A model generated the notes under the pieces. The model saw nothing but the letters and a program-made list of their open reading frames with translations, had not been told where the DNA came from and did not search any database. A stretch of DNA of 64,000 nucleotides, taken from contig OY740804.1 of NCBI GenBank assembly GCA_963514005.1, forward strand, positions 33,790,001 to 33,854,000, written 5' to 3'. Position numbers and translations under genes: made by a program. Of this stretch, positions 14,301-28,057 are shown in pieces; position 1 is the first letter of the stretch, and each line of letters begins with the position of its first letter. The DNA is from Raja brachyura (taxonomy: Eukaryota).

Positions 14301-14370
14301 TTGGAAGGATATGATTTTTCGAGCAATAGTAGGCATTGGTACTGCCAGGCCAAACATATTATTTCTGTTT
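11360..14370 (-). mobile_element. Old, degenerate Penelope-like element (RT remnants), split by a MITE at 13159-14212
   Basis: pLTR-like end near 11380-11435; minus-strand remnants resembling PLE RT motifs (GVAMG.. near 13000-13040, LRYIDD-like near 12920). Confidence 0.55.
13159..14212 (+). mobile_element. Non-autonomous DNA transposon, TAG...CTA termini, 7-bp TSD (copy 1)
   Basis: TIRs TAGGTATGTTACAAAA / TTTTGTAACATTGCTA; TSD gtggatg at 13152-13158 and 14213-14219; homologous to 55197-56145. Confidence 0.9.
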
Positions 14371-16546
14371 CAGGTTTTCAGCATCTGCAGTGTTTTGATT
14401 TTCATTATCAAATGTCATTGCCTTGTGAAGTCTTGGTCTCGACAAACAGACTGACTCTCCAACATTATAAAGTGATCACATTACAAAAATGTGGAAATTC
14501 TGGGAAATGCAGAAAACATTGTGCGTCAGGCTGCTTTAGTGAAGGGAGAACCAGTTATCATGGAGACCTAGGAACTGCAGATGCAGAGGTACAAAAAAAG
14601 ATACAAAGTGTTGGAGTAAAAGAGACAAGGAGGAATTTCTTTAGCTAGACGGTAATGATCTGTGGAATTCATTGCCACAGACGCTGTGGAGGCCATCATT
14701 GGATATTTTTAAAGTGGGGATTGACAGGTTCTTGATTAGTAAGGGTAACGGGGAGAAGACGGGAGAATTGGGTTGAGAGGGAAAGATAGATCAGCCATGA
14801 TTGAATGTACCAAGTTTCTTCAGATAAATGTTGATACCAATCTTCACAAAGAGATGGTGATTCAGGTGAACTTAATGGAAGGGATAAGATACCATCCTAA
14901 AGGAGCGTGCGTTGGACAGGTTTAGTGAGGCCATTCTAGAAGGGAGACCTCAGGCAGCTGAACATATGCCTGCCAGTGCATGTGACTTAAGGTAGGGGAT
15001 AAAAGTGTGTTGTATTCCTGAAAATTAAAGAATGAAGAACATAGAACATTACAGCACGAGAACATGTCCTTCAGCCCACATTGTCAGCGCTGAACATGGT
15101 GCCGAGACAAACTTTTATCTGGCTGCACATAATCCATATTCCTCCATTCCCTGCATATCCACGTGCCGATCTAAAACCCTCTTAAATGGCACTTGGATCT
15201 ACCTCCACCACCAACCCAGGCAGACATCTCCTTTAAACTTTGTCCTTCTTAACTAAAAACGATGCCCTCTAGAATTTGATATTTCCATCCTCGAACAAAG
15301 GTTCTGTCTACCTTTTCTATGCCTGTCATCATTTTATAGCTTTTCCCAGCTCTCCCACAGCCTACGGTCTCTGCCTCTTCCTTTCTTCTTCCTGCCCCAC
15401 CCCCTGCACATCAGTCTAAAGAAGGGTCTCGACCCCAAACGTCACCGATATCTTTGCTCCATAGATGCTGTCTCACCCGCTGAGTTTCTCCAGCATTTCT
15501 CTCGATCTTTGATTTTTCCAGCATTTGCAGTTCTTTCTTAAACATTTTATATACTTCTATCAGTTCTCCCCTCAACCTCCAGCATTCCAGAGAAAACAAT
15601 CCAAGTCTGCCCAACGTCTGCTGGTTGCTAATGCCCTCTTAAACCAAGCATCATTCTGGTAAACCTCCTCTGCACCCTTTCCAAAGCTTCTACACCCTCC
15701 CTCTAATGTGGCTTTACAGTAGCTCTACCATGATCCTACATGAAAAGTGCTTAACACATGAGAAGCAAATCACTCCAAGGAGTGTCTTTTCGCATAATAT
15801 CAATAACGTCTCACAAGATACACAGCACTTATCCTTTTCTATCCTCTCTGGCACATTCCAAACGTCACACGCCACACACCATTCCATGAGAATTATACTC
15901 CTCATGTGCCACATTTTGATTATGATACAAACTAATCTTAAAGAAACTGAGAATGAAGGAGCAGTGCCACAGCCAGACATAAAAGCAGCTTTTTTCCCAC
16001 GAGCAGTAGCTCAACAGCCACAAGTCTGTAGCCTCTGTTTACTCTGGTACTTTATTTTCACATGTTTAAATTATAATGTTTTATTTTTAATTGTCTGATC
16101 TATATTGCATTTTTACCATGTGCATTGTGTTTTTACCATGTGCGAGCAAAGCACCACGTCAATATACATCCTTGGCTAATAAATTTATTCTGATTCTGAA
16201 AGTCCTGGAGGCTAAATGTCAGAAGCACATTCCAACCTGGCATGTTCTTTGACTGAAGCACAATGAGACTAAACCAACCTGAAACCTGTAGGATTGTTTT
16301 TACTATAAAGGGACAGAGCTCCACTCTAACAGAATGCACGGACAGTACATGACACTACAAACCACTTAAGAAGAATACTTATCATCTTTCCTTGATTAAT
16401 CTTACAAATCTATTGTGCTCATGAAAAATATTTGACAAACACAAACAGCCCAAATGTTGTTGAGTTGCGTCATAATCCTTTGACACAAGAAATTGTACTA
16501 AACACTTGGTTAATTGTGAATGGATCGGAGAGCAAATACTGGTTAG

Positions 16547-16640
16547 TCTGAAGAAGGGTCTCGACCCGAAACGTCGCCTATCTCCTTCGCTCCTTAGATG
16601 CTGCTGCACCCGCTGAGTTTCTCCAGCTTTTTGTGTAACC
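16547..16640 (+). mobile_element. Short Penelope-derived insertion with an intact minimal hammerhead motif
   Basis: CTGAAGA-agggtctcgaccc-GAAAC-GTC at 16548-16575; 8-bp direct repeat ctggttag at 16539-16546 and 16641-16648. Confidence 0.75.
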
Positions 16641-17864
16641 CTGGTTAGACAAGAACTGGTTTGTCTGATAACTACAAGTGAATTTTTTGAAGAAGATGTG
16701 AACCAGTGATTCCACACCTCAACATTTTTCTTTCCTTAAATAGGACCCCAAACTTCCTGGAAATCTATGGTATTTTTCTTGAAATTTTCAAAAAAAGCTT
16801 ACTGCGTGCTATTTGTTCTTGTGTTTCTTTCGAGGACCCACATTAACAACACAAAGAAGAAAAAGGCAAAACAGAACAAGGCAAACACCCTTTCCATTAA
16901 TAAACCATTTGAAAACGAACATTAGCAGACACAAATGTAGATCTAACAAAACAAATTGTAAATGTAGGCTACACAACTGCACTTATATTTTATTAGCGTG
17001 CTTCCAGCAATCAAACCCAGACAATGAACACAGCCTCTTAATATATAATATGGATATATAATACTATATAATAAAACAAGTGCGGATCTGTTGGGTCCCC
17101 CTCCCCCAATGCAATAAGCGAGTTCGGTATTCGGACTGCACATGCCCAAGTCAAAGGTCACTCTGCATAAACAGCCCTGGAAACCAGTAAAGCAGTGGAC
17201 CTTCATTTCTTCCATTTTTTCCAGCTTTGATTCTTCTAGGTAAGAAAATACTGCTTTCAAGCTGTGAAATAGTTGTATTTATTGTTCCTTTGTTAAAAGC
17301 AAAGATTATTTTGTCATTTTTATAGCTTTGTGCTTTGGTGAGTGAGCGAGATCGTGGTCGTCGGTGTCGGGCCCGGGTCGGTTGAGTTGCTGCTGGGCTG
17401 TCCCCGTCCCCTCCCGTCGCTGTCCGAGGGGGGGGGGGGGGGGGGGGCAGAGGTGTCGGCTGGTGCTCGGCTATCGTCGGCACCGGAGAGGTTGGCCGCT
17501 GACGGGCCCCGGCCTGTAGGAGAGCGGGGTTAGGCTGGAGTTGAGCAGCTTCTCCATGCTGACTGTGGGCCTGGGGCTACTGGTGTCATTGGTCCGGGGT
17601 TGTCGGTTGGCCTGGCGGGAATGGAGCTGTGGTTGCCTGCGGAATTCCATTGCTTTCCACTATTCTGCTAATTTCAAGGCAATGGAATTCTTCAGCTCAA
17701 CTCCCGCTAAGCAGTCAGCGGAGAGACAATACATGATTACAATCCAGCCATCCACAGTGCACAGGTACATGATAAAGAGAATAATGTGAAGATAAAGCCA
17801 GTAAAGTCCGATCAAAGATAGTCCGAGGGTCTCCAAAGAGGTAGTTCATAATTCAGCACTGAAC

Positions 17865-18355
17865 ACCATGCTCAGTCCGCCTAGGCTTATGCGATCTCCA
17901 GGTTGCTAAACACCTTAACTCCCCCTCCCATACTGACCTTTCTGTCCTGGGCCTCCTCCACTGTCAGAGTGAGGTCCAACGCACATTGGATGAACAGCAC
18001 CTCATATTTCACTTGGGCATCTTACAATCCAGCCATATGATATTGATTTCTCTAACCCTTGCTTTCCCTCTGTCTCCGTCCCTCCCCACCCTAGTTCTCT
18101 GACTAACTTCACTGTATTTCTGATTAATTTTACTGATTGTATACCTTATCACCTTCCCCTCAGCTAACAATAAGCCATTCTATATTTCCTTATCGTCTGC
18201 TTTGATCTGTTGTTTTCACACCTTACCCTTCCATATCCCTGGACTCCATCTCCCCTGACTCTCAGTCCAAAGAAGTGTCTTGACCCAAAATGGCACCCAT
18301 TCCTTCTCTCCAGAGATGCTGTCTGTCCCGCTGAGTTACTCCAGCATTTTGTGTT
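17865..18355 (+). mobile_element. Penelope-like element 3' fragment
   Basis: Homologous to the GIY-YIG C-terminal region (gatgaacagcacctcatatttcacttggg) plus pLTR. Confidence 0.75.
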
Positions 18356-18640
18356 TAACAGCTGGGAAGAAACTATCCCTGAATCTGGAGGTGTGCGTTT
18401 TCACACTTCTATACATTTTGGCTGATGGGAGGGGAGAGAAGAGGGAGTGACCAGGGTGCGACTCGTCCTTGATTATGCTGCTGGCCTTGCCGAGGTAGTG
18501 TGAGGTGTCAATGGAAGGGAGGTTGGTTTGTATGATGGCCTGGGCTGCGTCCACAATTCTCTGCAATTTCTTGCAGTCTTGGATGGAGCTGTTCCCACAC
18601 CATGCTGTGATGCGCCCTGATAAAACACTGCATGGCACGG
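18356..18640 (-). mobile_element. Rex1/Babar-like LINE 3' fragment
   Basis: ORF 18336-18638 contains AWCGN...KKLQRIV...SIIKDESHPGHSLFSPLPS...SRFRDSFFPAV, typical of Rex1 C-termini. Confidence 0.7.
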
Positions 18641-20281
18641 TAGTTTAATTAAAAACTTATTCAAAACAGTGTCCCAATCTTCATCTGACATTCTTTCTGC
18701 TCTTTTGAAGCCAGTGCCACAGGCTGGGGTTGGTCTCTGAGCACTGAGAATGGGCCCATACCCAGTCAGGTGAGAATTCTCTGCGAACCGAGGCAGCAAA
18801 TGTCAGTGAGTCGTACAACGACAGGACTACCACAACTAAACTCGACTATAAGAACCTAAACACTTGAGCAGAGCTTGGATGTTTGGCCCTTTGACCCTCT
18901 GTGCTATTTTCCTGCATTCCATATTGTTTGATTCCTTCAATGTACAGAAAATTAATTATCTTTGTTTTAAATGGACTCGGTAACAAGATCCCTGTGGTGT
19001 AGAGAAGTCCAATGATTTGCCACCCCCAATGCAAACGACCCTTCTCAATCCCAAATGGCCTACCCCATATTCGAAAACTGTGACCCCTGATTTTATACTT
19101 GTCAACCAGGGCATAGGTGCATCCACTCTGAATCCTACCTGTCACGCCCTGTGAGAATTGTGTCAGTTTTAATGAAATATCTTCTTCTAAACTCTAAAGA
19201 GCACCAGTCCCAGTTTACTCTCATATCACAGAGCAGGCTGTCACCCATGGAGAGACTAGTCTGAAGAAGGGTCCCAACTCGAAACATCGCCCATCGTTTA
19301 TCTCCAGAGATGCTGCCTGACCCATTGAGTTCCTCCAGCACTTTGTGTCTATCTTTGTCATCCATGGAACCAGTGTTGCGTCATTTTTAGTGTCTTGTCG
19401 TAGTTATCATTTTATAGATAAGAATACAAAAACTCTGCACAATCCTCAGAGAATTAATAAAGAAATAGATTTGTGATTCTCTCTGCAAAAATCGCTTTAT
19501 TTCCACTTCACCACTTCACAATAATTCATATTCAAATTCAAAGCCATTGAATCTTACCAAACTAGGAGAGATCTGTGAATTCTATTCTACAACTCAATAC
19601 AAGTCATTCACCAAATGTAGACCAAACCAAGTTTGCCCTAATTTCCTACTCTTTATTTAATTTCTATTTTTGAACAGTTCAATATGTCCAATCACGAGGC
19701 TGCTCTGCAAAACATTTTAAGCACCTGTGACCTAAATTCAAGACATTGTGACCTAAAATGCACCAAGAATTTCAATATGTGTTTAACCCACAGGTGGGGA
19801 AATTCTCATATTCTGTTCATTCTTCATACTTCTGGGATGAGCACGTTGCAGTAAATAGGTTGAATTGTGTTTGGCACAAGAAAAGTGGAAGCAAACCAGC
19901 ATTTGTGCTGGACATTTGATGTCACAAAGCTGAAGTCGCATCCTTTGCATTTTAAACCCTTAAAATACTCTGCTCTCTCAACTAGACATTATTGATTACC
20001 CATACAATGCTATAGACTCTGACATTGATCTGCATTATCAATTATGCTGTTTATTAATTACCACAACTTGCTACAGGGTCAAGGAAATGAATACATCTGT
20101 GTTTCTATGTTTCTGTCTGGTGCTTTCACTTTGATTGCTGTTAACCAACCCTAATAGAGCCATGTGTGAGGGCACTGGTTGAGGAAAGGTTCAGGCTTCA
20201 GTTCTGGTGCCTCGCATCACTTAGTTTAGTTTAACTTTGTCATTCCTTTTTGAGCATTGATGGCTGAGGGGTGATCTTATA

Positions 20282-20565
20282 GTTTAGATTAGAGATAGAG
20301 CACGGAAACAGGCCCTTCAGCCCACCGAGTCCGCACTGACCAGCAATCTCCACACATTAACACAATCCTACACACACTAGGGACAATTTGCATTTATACC
20401 AAGCCAATTAACCTACAAGCCTGCACATCTTTAGAGTGTGGGAGGAAACTGAAGATCTCGGAGAAAAAATTGATTTATGTTGTACACAATTCTTGCTTTT
20501 GATCTCGGAGAAACCCCATGCGGCCACGGGGAGAACGTCCAAACTCCGCACAGACAGCACCTGTA
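20282..20565 (-). mobile_element. V-SINE/HE1-like tRNA-derived SINE. Further copies at about 29890-30187(-), 33195-33487(-), 37752-38180(-), 38335-38608(-), 41148-41430(+), 41500-41765(-), 42708-42990(+), 55172-56402(+), 59771-60072(+)
   Basis: Shared core ggtttcctcccacac...gtttgtaggttaattggc, a CR1-like tail gggccgaagggcctgtttcc...(taaac)n, and A/B boxes in full copies. Confidence 0.8.
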
Positions 20566-22794
20566 GTCTCCCAGTAATCTTGTTCTCAGCTAAAGGGCAA
20601 ACACAGAACTGTACTTCAGCCAGCATCAACGTTCTCAAGAGCAGAAAAGAAAAAGCACGAATGGCCATGACAGAGAATGTACAATATAAATTCTGGTTCA
20701 CAGCCCTGCTGGTGCCCTGTACAGATCGTTCCATGGGTTTAGCAATCCATAATGTAGAATGCTGGCAGCCAAAGTCTTGTTCAAAAGCACATATCGTTGG
20801 CAAATTTGGCAACCTTCGACCTATGGTGCAGTGGAATTGTTTTATTGCACTGGGAAAGTATAAAGTCACAAAGCACACAAACAATATTTGCTCGTGGAAT
20901 CTAATTGCAACAAGAGTACGTGCCCCAGTATGGTAAAACGGACATTGTTAAAGGCATATGCAGAAAGGATAAATAAAGGAATACTTGTAACAATATTTCA
21001 GATGCTCAGTTGTAGGTTTATTTCAGAGATTTATTTTGGAAGTTCTCCAATAAATTACAATTAATTTACTGGATAATAAACAATACCCTTTCTAATTTCA
21101 AATGGATATCAATCGGCAGAACACATGAGAATAGCTGAGTGATGGATGTGATGGGATTATTGGATCTCTGTTCCTTGTGACACACATCTTTGGGCAACTC
21201 CAATATCTTGAAATTTGACATAATGGTTGCTTGGTATATTAAATATTTGTTGATACATTCCTTTGATCCAACACTTTTCTCTTGACATTTGTTTCTTGGT
21301 GGCCTGTGTGTGTGGCGTCCATGTCGTGTTAAGATGGCGGGGCCTCGCGGCAGCGGCCTCTGCAATCCGTCTGTCTTTTTTAAAAAAATATGTCCTGTTG
21401 AGCGTATAGTTTGGTTGTAGTTTATATATTGTTTTTAGCTGTGTATATGTGGGGGCGCGGGAAACTTTTAAATCTTTTTCCCTGTCAGGTTGCCACCCGA
21501 CTTCGGAGCTTTGGAGGCTCCAGCCGCAGGCCCGGTTAACAGTGACATCGGAAGCTCGCGGGTCCCTGGTGGGAGACCGCTTTTCGGAGCTCCCTCAACG
21601 GCAACTTCTCCCACCCGAATTGCAGGGTTGAAAACGACCCGGAGCGGGGTCTTACATCCCCACCGCGCGGCTTTTAACGGCCGCGGGACTTGCCATCGCC
21701 CGCCAGGAGAAGAATGGAAAACAGGGGAGAGTCAATGACTTTGCCTTCCATCACAGTGAAGAGATTCATTGTGATGGATGTTTGTGTTAATTGTACGTCT
21801 TGGTTTTTTTTCTTGTTGTATGACTGGATAAACCAAATTAAACTTCATTTGAGGTTCAAATGACAATAAAAGGTATTGTATTGTATTGTAGTGTGTTCCT
21901 GTCGTGACTGTGGGATAACAACAATACAATTGACTCAGAGCACAAGGTCTGTGGTAGATTGAATCTGGAATTTGTTGTGAACTGACTAAAGAAGGGTCCT
22001 GACCGGAAGCGTCATCTTCGCATTCCCTGCACAGATGCTGCCTGACACACTGAATTCCTCCAGCACTTTGAGTTTTGTTCAAGAATCCAGCATGTGGTTC
22101 CGCTTGCAGTGTATGTGACACATCACACGAGGGTGGTGTTTCCATGCAGTGTATCCAATTCTGTGACTGATTCGCTGTTGCACAGAGTGAATGGGCAACA
22201 TTTTGCTTCATTGCGGCTTTGATTTGAACCCACTCTAATCAGCGTGAGCAAGCTCATGTCTAATACCATCAGAGTAGGCCTTGCCCCAATTCAGAATTTT
22301 AACTTGTGGGCCCACCATGCCTTTATCCATAACTATTTTAAAGCTGATAAACATTGGTTACTGGTCCCAACAGACTCGCCCACTGCCACTTTAGACACGT
22401 GCCTTTCCCAATGTCATGAGAGTAGATCAAGCTTTACCCTCCCCTTTGTAGGGCCCTCTACATATTGCCTGAGGAAACCTCCCTGAACACATTTGACAAA
22501 TTCCACCCCGTCTAAGCACTTGGCACTATGACATTCCCAGTCTATATTGGGAAAGTTAAAATCCCCTACAATGACAACCTTATTAGTCGTGCAGCTGCCT
22601 GCAATCCCCTGGCATATTAGTTCTTATAATTCCTGTTTAGCATTTGGGGGGGGTCTGTAGTACACTCCAACAAGGTGATCATCCCCTTTTTATATTTCAG
22701 CTGCACCCTACAGCCTCATTGGACCAACTCTCAGTAATGTCGTTTTGGACAACCGCCATGGCATTCTCCTTAGAGCAGCATCCCCCTCCCCAAA

Positions 22795-23172
22795 TAGACA
22801 CAAAATGCTGGGGTAACTCATCGGGACAGGCAAAGGATGGGTGACGTTTCGGGTCGAGACCCTTCTTCAGACCGAGAGTCAGGGGAGAGGGAATCGAGCT
22901 ATGGAGGGTGAGGTGTGAAAACGACAGATCAAAGGGATGAGGTTCAAGGAATATGTAGAATCTTTTCCTCTTCATTCCCTTTGATAACTCGTTTTCACAT
23001 CTTACCCTTCCATATCTCTTGTTTCCCTCTCCTGTGAATCTCAGTCTGAAGAAAGGTCTCGACACGAAACATCACAAATTGCCTCTATTCAATGCTGCCT
23101 GTCCCGCTGAGTTACTCCAGCATTTTGTGTCTTTCTTCGGTGTAAACCAGCATCTGCAGTTCCTTCCTACAC
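22795..23172. mobile_element. Fold-back Penelope-like pLTR pair; intact hammerhead motif on the minus strand (22843-22870)
   Basis: Inverted arms; the minus strand reads ggt-CTGAAGA-agggtctcgaccc-GAAAC-GTC-acc. Confidence 0.75.
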
Positions 23173-24696
23173 CTCTTCTTCTTCTTCTTTCGTGTGGCAT
23201 GCACAGCCTAAAGTTGTTGGACAACTTGTTCTATTTGATCTTCCGTTTGTGCACGTCGAGTTGATTGCATTAGTCGAAACAGGGCTGTCAAAGGGGTAGT
23301 GCCGTGGAAAATAGATTTTCTTTGCCAAGTTACATTGGGGAAATATTGTTGCATCAGTCGCTGCTCTTTCAGTAGATGATCAGTAGGAATCTCTATCCTT
23401 GTTACTTGCTTTACTGATAGTAAGACAGTAAATCTTACACTAGTGGTGAGTTTGGGATGTTGCTCTGAGGAATTAATAAGGTGATGAACCTTAAGGTGAT
23501 GACCTGATTGATATATATCAGATTCTGAGAGGTATAAATAGGGTGGATAGTTAAAATATTTTTCTTATGGCTGGGCTACCTAAAACAAGAGGGCATAGGT
23601 TTAAAGTGAGTGGCAGGGGATTTAAAGGTGATCTTAGGGGTAAGGGTTTTTTTTACACAGTGTTTGATATGTGGAACTCACTGCCAGAGCAGGTGGTGGA
23701 ATCAGACACAGTCAATATGTTTAAGAGGCATTTAGACAGACACTTAAATAGATAAATTATGGAAGGAGATGGTCCTAATGCAGACAAATAGGATTAGTGT
23801 AGATTGGCAAAGAAGCTTGGCATGGATGTGGGAGGTCAAATTGGCGTGCGATACTAAATGATCGAATGACACTAATATAGTAACCAAGTTCAAGGGGAAA
23901 AGGGATCAAGATGAAGCAAATGGGGATACGTCAGGAATGTTGTTGAGCTGGAAAAGACTCATGGAGTTATTCCATTCCGTCTGCACTTGGGGCAAAGGAT
24001 ATCATTCACAGAGGACAGTGAACAAAGCAAAGCTGTCACATTGGAAACAAAGACACTGATACTACTATTACTGGTGTAAGATTGAGACAAATTTTACTTC
24101 GGAGTCACATAAGTGACTTCGTGAAGGCCTCGCCAGCAGGACATATCGTCGCTCGCATGGCACTTGACAAGCTGGGGGGGGAGCGCAGCTCCTCTGCCGG
24201 CAGCTTAAAAGGACCAGGTAAGTTTTTACTAACCTTGAGTTGGTTAGTTTCTGTATTGATTAAATCCCTACAGAAACTTCATGATGGAGAGAAGAAGTAA
24301 AACGAGGGCTGCGTCTAAGCGGGCCTTTCAAGACTGCGGGACTTCAGAGCGAGGTTGGCGGCCAACATCTAGGTAGAGCCGGCAGCACCCATACCTCGGG
24401 CTGGGAAAACAGCGCGAAAGTCGGGGAGCCCCGCTCAGTCGGCAGGACCCGGCTCTCCACCGCAGCAGTCCAGGGAGCTGCATACTGGCGGTAGGAGCGC
24501 GCGGGAGCAGGGAAGCCCGACTTCCACCGCTTCACGAAAACAGACCAGCGGCAGAAAAGTGCGGAAGACAGGGCCCGGTTTAACGGCACACCCCGACTCT
24601 CCACCACATCAGTTCGCTAGAGGGCGGACCGGTGGCAAAACCGCACAAAAGTCGTGTAGCGCCGTTGGAGCGGTAGGCACCGACTCCCCACCGCCA

Positions 24697-25960
24697 CAAA
24701 TAGTTTATACTTCATGATTGGAGTAGTGTAGATTCGTCCAAATCCCATCTGCCGCCACAACTAGAAGTGGTGTCGGTAGCTCCCCAGCCGTGGGCGCTTG
24801 CGTCAGTTTGCAACACGACTGAAGGGTTTGTAACTATGATGGGATTAAAACAATCTCGAATGCTGCTAATCCACCATCGTAGTTCATCTTTTGCTTTGTT
24901 TGGTAGCTGCATAGGTCTATCAAAATGCCCAGCATTGGTTATTAGTGCTGAGATTTTTGCACTTTGCAAATTTTGATAATGCAATGGTCCAAATCGTGCA
25001 GCTGGAAATGTAGCTACAAGTTTCCCAATTACCTTGGCAGCATGTCGAATAGTCGTTTTTTTGGTGCAAGCAAGGCTATTACATGCCTCTATTATACCTG
25101 TTGTTTTGTTCTCTGGGAAAGGGACAATCATATGATTAGTGTTAACCGTGAATCCCAGATAGTCCATAATGCCAGAAGGTTTTAACTTAGATTTGTCTGG
25201 ATGGATGACGAACTCCAGCTTTTGAAATAGTGACTTGGCGGCTGTCACAGCTAATTTAGCCAACTCCAAAGTTTTCCCCACAATCAGTATGTCATCAAGA
25301 TAGGCCATGACTATGTGGTTTTGTTTTCGTAGAGACGCCAATGCTGGTTTTAATATTTTAGTAAATAACCTAGCGGCTGTTGTTAGTCCATTAGGCAATG
25401 CTTTCTATTGCCACAGCTGCCCCATCCAGACAAATTTTAAATATCTGCGGTCATCTTTACGTATAGGTACTGAATAGTATGCATCTTTTAGATCGATGCA
25501 GACCATGAAGCACCCTCTGGAAATCAGTTGCTTGGCAGTTTCAAATGTTTCCATCTTGAAATGGGTATATTGCACAAAAGTATTCAATTGAGTTAAATCA
25601 TATGATACGACATCCACCATCTTTTTTAGTTTTGGTAAAGATGTTAGATACAAATTCAAGAGGTTCATGTACAGTTTTCTCTATTACCCCCTTGGTGTAT
25701 AACCTTAATAGTTCTGCATGCCCTTCCACTTCCTCGTTGTGAGAAAGTACAAATTTCCGGCTAGGTACATGTTGAGCTGGGGGAAGATGTCTGTTTATAA
25801 ATTCAATTTCGTAATCTTGAATACTGTGCAATATAAAGGGGTCAGAAGTTATGGAACTCCATACATCACCAAACAGACACAACCTACCTCCCACTAGTGA
25901 GGGAATGCATGTAGCATTCCCAATGGAACCAGACCCCCTTACCTCCATGGTTACCGGTGG
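24697..25960 (-). pseudogene. DIRS RT/RNase H coding remnant (inverted relative to the element)
   Basis: ORFs 25598-26107, 25405-25668 and 24712-25398: FVSNIFTKTKKDGGCRII, HFKMET, CIDLKDAYYSVPI, AYLDDILIVG, LQTDASAHGWG; frameshifts and stops. Confidence 0.9.
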
Positions 25961-26667
25961 GGCTTTGTCTTCTGTCCTTTGTTCTTGGGTTGTTGTGGTG
26001 CTGGCGTGTGGGGTTGGCGCATTTTCCAGGCTGGTCGCTGTGGGCCTTGGCCTAAAAAAGGCCTCTGATGATAAGGCGCGACCTTTGGGTTTGCACCCGT
26101 CACACAATTTTCCGGGGCCATGTACTTGCTTCTGGTCTCCGAACTTACCTGTTCCTGTAATTGGTGTGTTGTCAGGTAGTTTATGCTTGCCGCTAGCCTT
26201 GGCTGAAGAGGTTGCCCTTTCTGGGATGGTTGTGCGAACTTAGATACCATCCCCATGAAGTTCCTCTTCTTGCATCCCTTGCAACTGTGGGTCTTCAGTC
26301 AATCCCTGACTTATGGCGCTCCCTACCGAGGGGGGAGAGATGTTGGACAGTCCTGGTAATGGGCCTGTCATGGACCTGCATGATCCTTGGGATGCACGCT
26401 CCTGATGGAGTAGGTCCCTCTGGAGCAGCTGCTCCTTCATCCATTCCATACAAGCAATGCGACCGACGTCGCTATCTGCGAACGGCGTCTTCCCCAGATT
26501 CTGATGAATCTATGGGGCTCTTACCGCCAGTCCACACCTCGTTGAGGTGATGTCTATGGGTCTGATACAGTAGGTAGTCGGAGCCAGCCGCTCCAGCAGG
26601 GCTACACGACTCCCGTGCGGATCTGCCACCTGTCCGCAGTCTTCCGGACTGCGGCGGTGGGGAGTCA

Positions 26668-27258
26668 GTGGTGGCATATTTAAACCATATGGGTGGTATC
26701 AAGTCGATATCTTGCGATGAATTGGCAAACATAATTTGGCACTGGTGCATTAAAAGAAATATTTGGATCTCAGCTACATACCTTCCGGGTAAGCTTAATA
26801 CAGTGGCGGACACCAGGTCATGAGTATTAAATGACAACACCAAGTGGATGTTGAACCCCCAAATATTGGCTAATATTATAGCTCAGTATGGAACACCAGA
26901 TATCGACCTCATTGCGTCCAGGTTGAACCATCAGATACCAACATATGTCTCTTGGGAACCAGACCCTAGGGCAGCAGCGATGGATGCGTTCTCGCTACAC
27001 TGGGGGAAATTGTTCTTCTATGCATTTCCCCCTTTCTGCCTCATCAGTCGGGTATTGCGGAAAATCCAGCTAGATTCTGCATCAGGGATACTGATAATAC
27101 CTGACTGGCCCACACATCCATGGTTCCCGTTGGTCCTCAACATGGTGAAGGAACCATGGGTGCAGGTTCCTAAATGCCCGAACCTCCTGACACATCCCAT
27201 ATAAGGGGAGAGTTATCTGTGCCATGGTCATCTGAACCTGTTGGCTTGCAGGTTCTGA
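26668..27258 (+). pseudogene. DIRS RNase H C-terminus plus methyltransferase-like (MT) domain remnant
   Basis: VVAYLNHMGG..., then ORF 26848: PDIDLIASRLN...DAFSLHWG..YAFPPFCLISRVLRKI..IPDWPTHPWFP. Confidence 0.85.
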
Positions 27259-27284
27259 AGAGACCTTTGCTGGAATTCGGGCCT

Positions 27285-28057
27285 TCACTATGATGAGGGC
27301 CTCAGCTATAGTGCCATCAATAGTGCTAAAAGTGCATTATCGTCCTACCTCACTATCGGAGTAGGATCCCATCAGTTGGTGTCGAAACTCATGAGGGGTA
27401 TTTTCAATTCTAACCCTCCAAGACCACGATACAATATGACCTGTGATATTGGGGTAGTGTTGTCCCTACTCAGGAGTTGGTCACCAGTTTCGGAACTCCC
27501 ACTGGCTAAACTCACCTACAAAGTGGTGATGCTTATGGCACTTATTACAGCTCAGTGGGTCCAGATCCTCCACAAACTAAAACTGGACAGGATGGTCTCG
27601 ACCCCCACCAAGGTAACCTTTTTCATTGATGAATTACTTAAACACCATGGACCGGGAACAACCGGTCTTAAATTGGAATTCCACGCATATCCCATTGATG
27701 TACGCCTCTGTATAGCCACCCATCTCCGACATTATATTAATGTCACCCAAAATATAAGGAGAATGGAAACAGGTCTATTCATCAGTTTTAAACGCCCACA
27801 TTACAGGGTAACTGTGCAGACTATTTCCAGGTGGCTCAGGGTGGTGTTGGGTGCAGCAGGGGTAGACACTGATATTCTACAAATCTCATTCTACCATGGC
27901 TGCGTCCACATCAGCGGTGAGGACCATGGAGGTACCCATGGATCATGTCCTCGCAACAACGGGCTGGGCCAATGAAGGCACATTTCAACGGTTTTATAAT
28001 AAACCTGTGGCCGCTCCTGCGACGTTTGCAGATACTGTTTTAAGTTCTGTTCCCTAA
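27285..28057 (+). pseudogene. DIRS tyrosine recombinase remnant
   Basis: LSYSAINSAKSALS..LMRGIFNSNPPRPRY..LMALITAQW (catalytic R lost)..TISRW; after a frameshift HSTM..GWANEGTFQRFY..* at 28055-28057. Confidence 0.88.

Noticed and set aside
17070-17640. Helitron end or CpG-island promoter
   Set aside because: A short hairpin-like motif and GC-rich patch, but no clear termini or linked exon, so it cannot be classified
20408-20936. Overlapping 158/166-aa ORFs on both strands
   Set aside because: They partly overlap a SINE, with no recognisable domain or convincing exon structure
26848-27975. Methyltransferase plus integrase as a phage or bacterial insertion or defence system
   Set aside because: Both are standard DIRS1 domains, lying inside ITR/ICR-bounded termini
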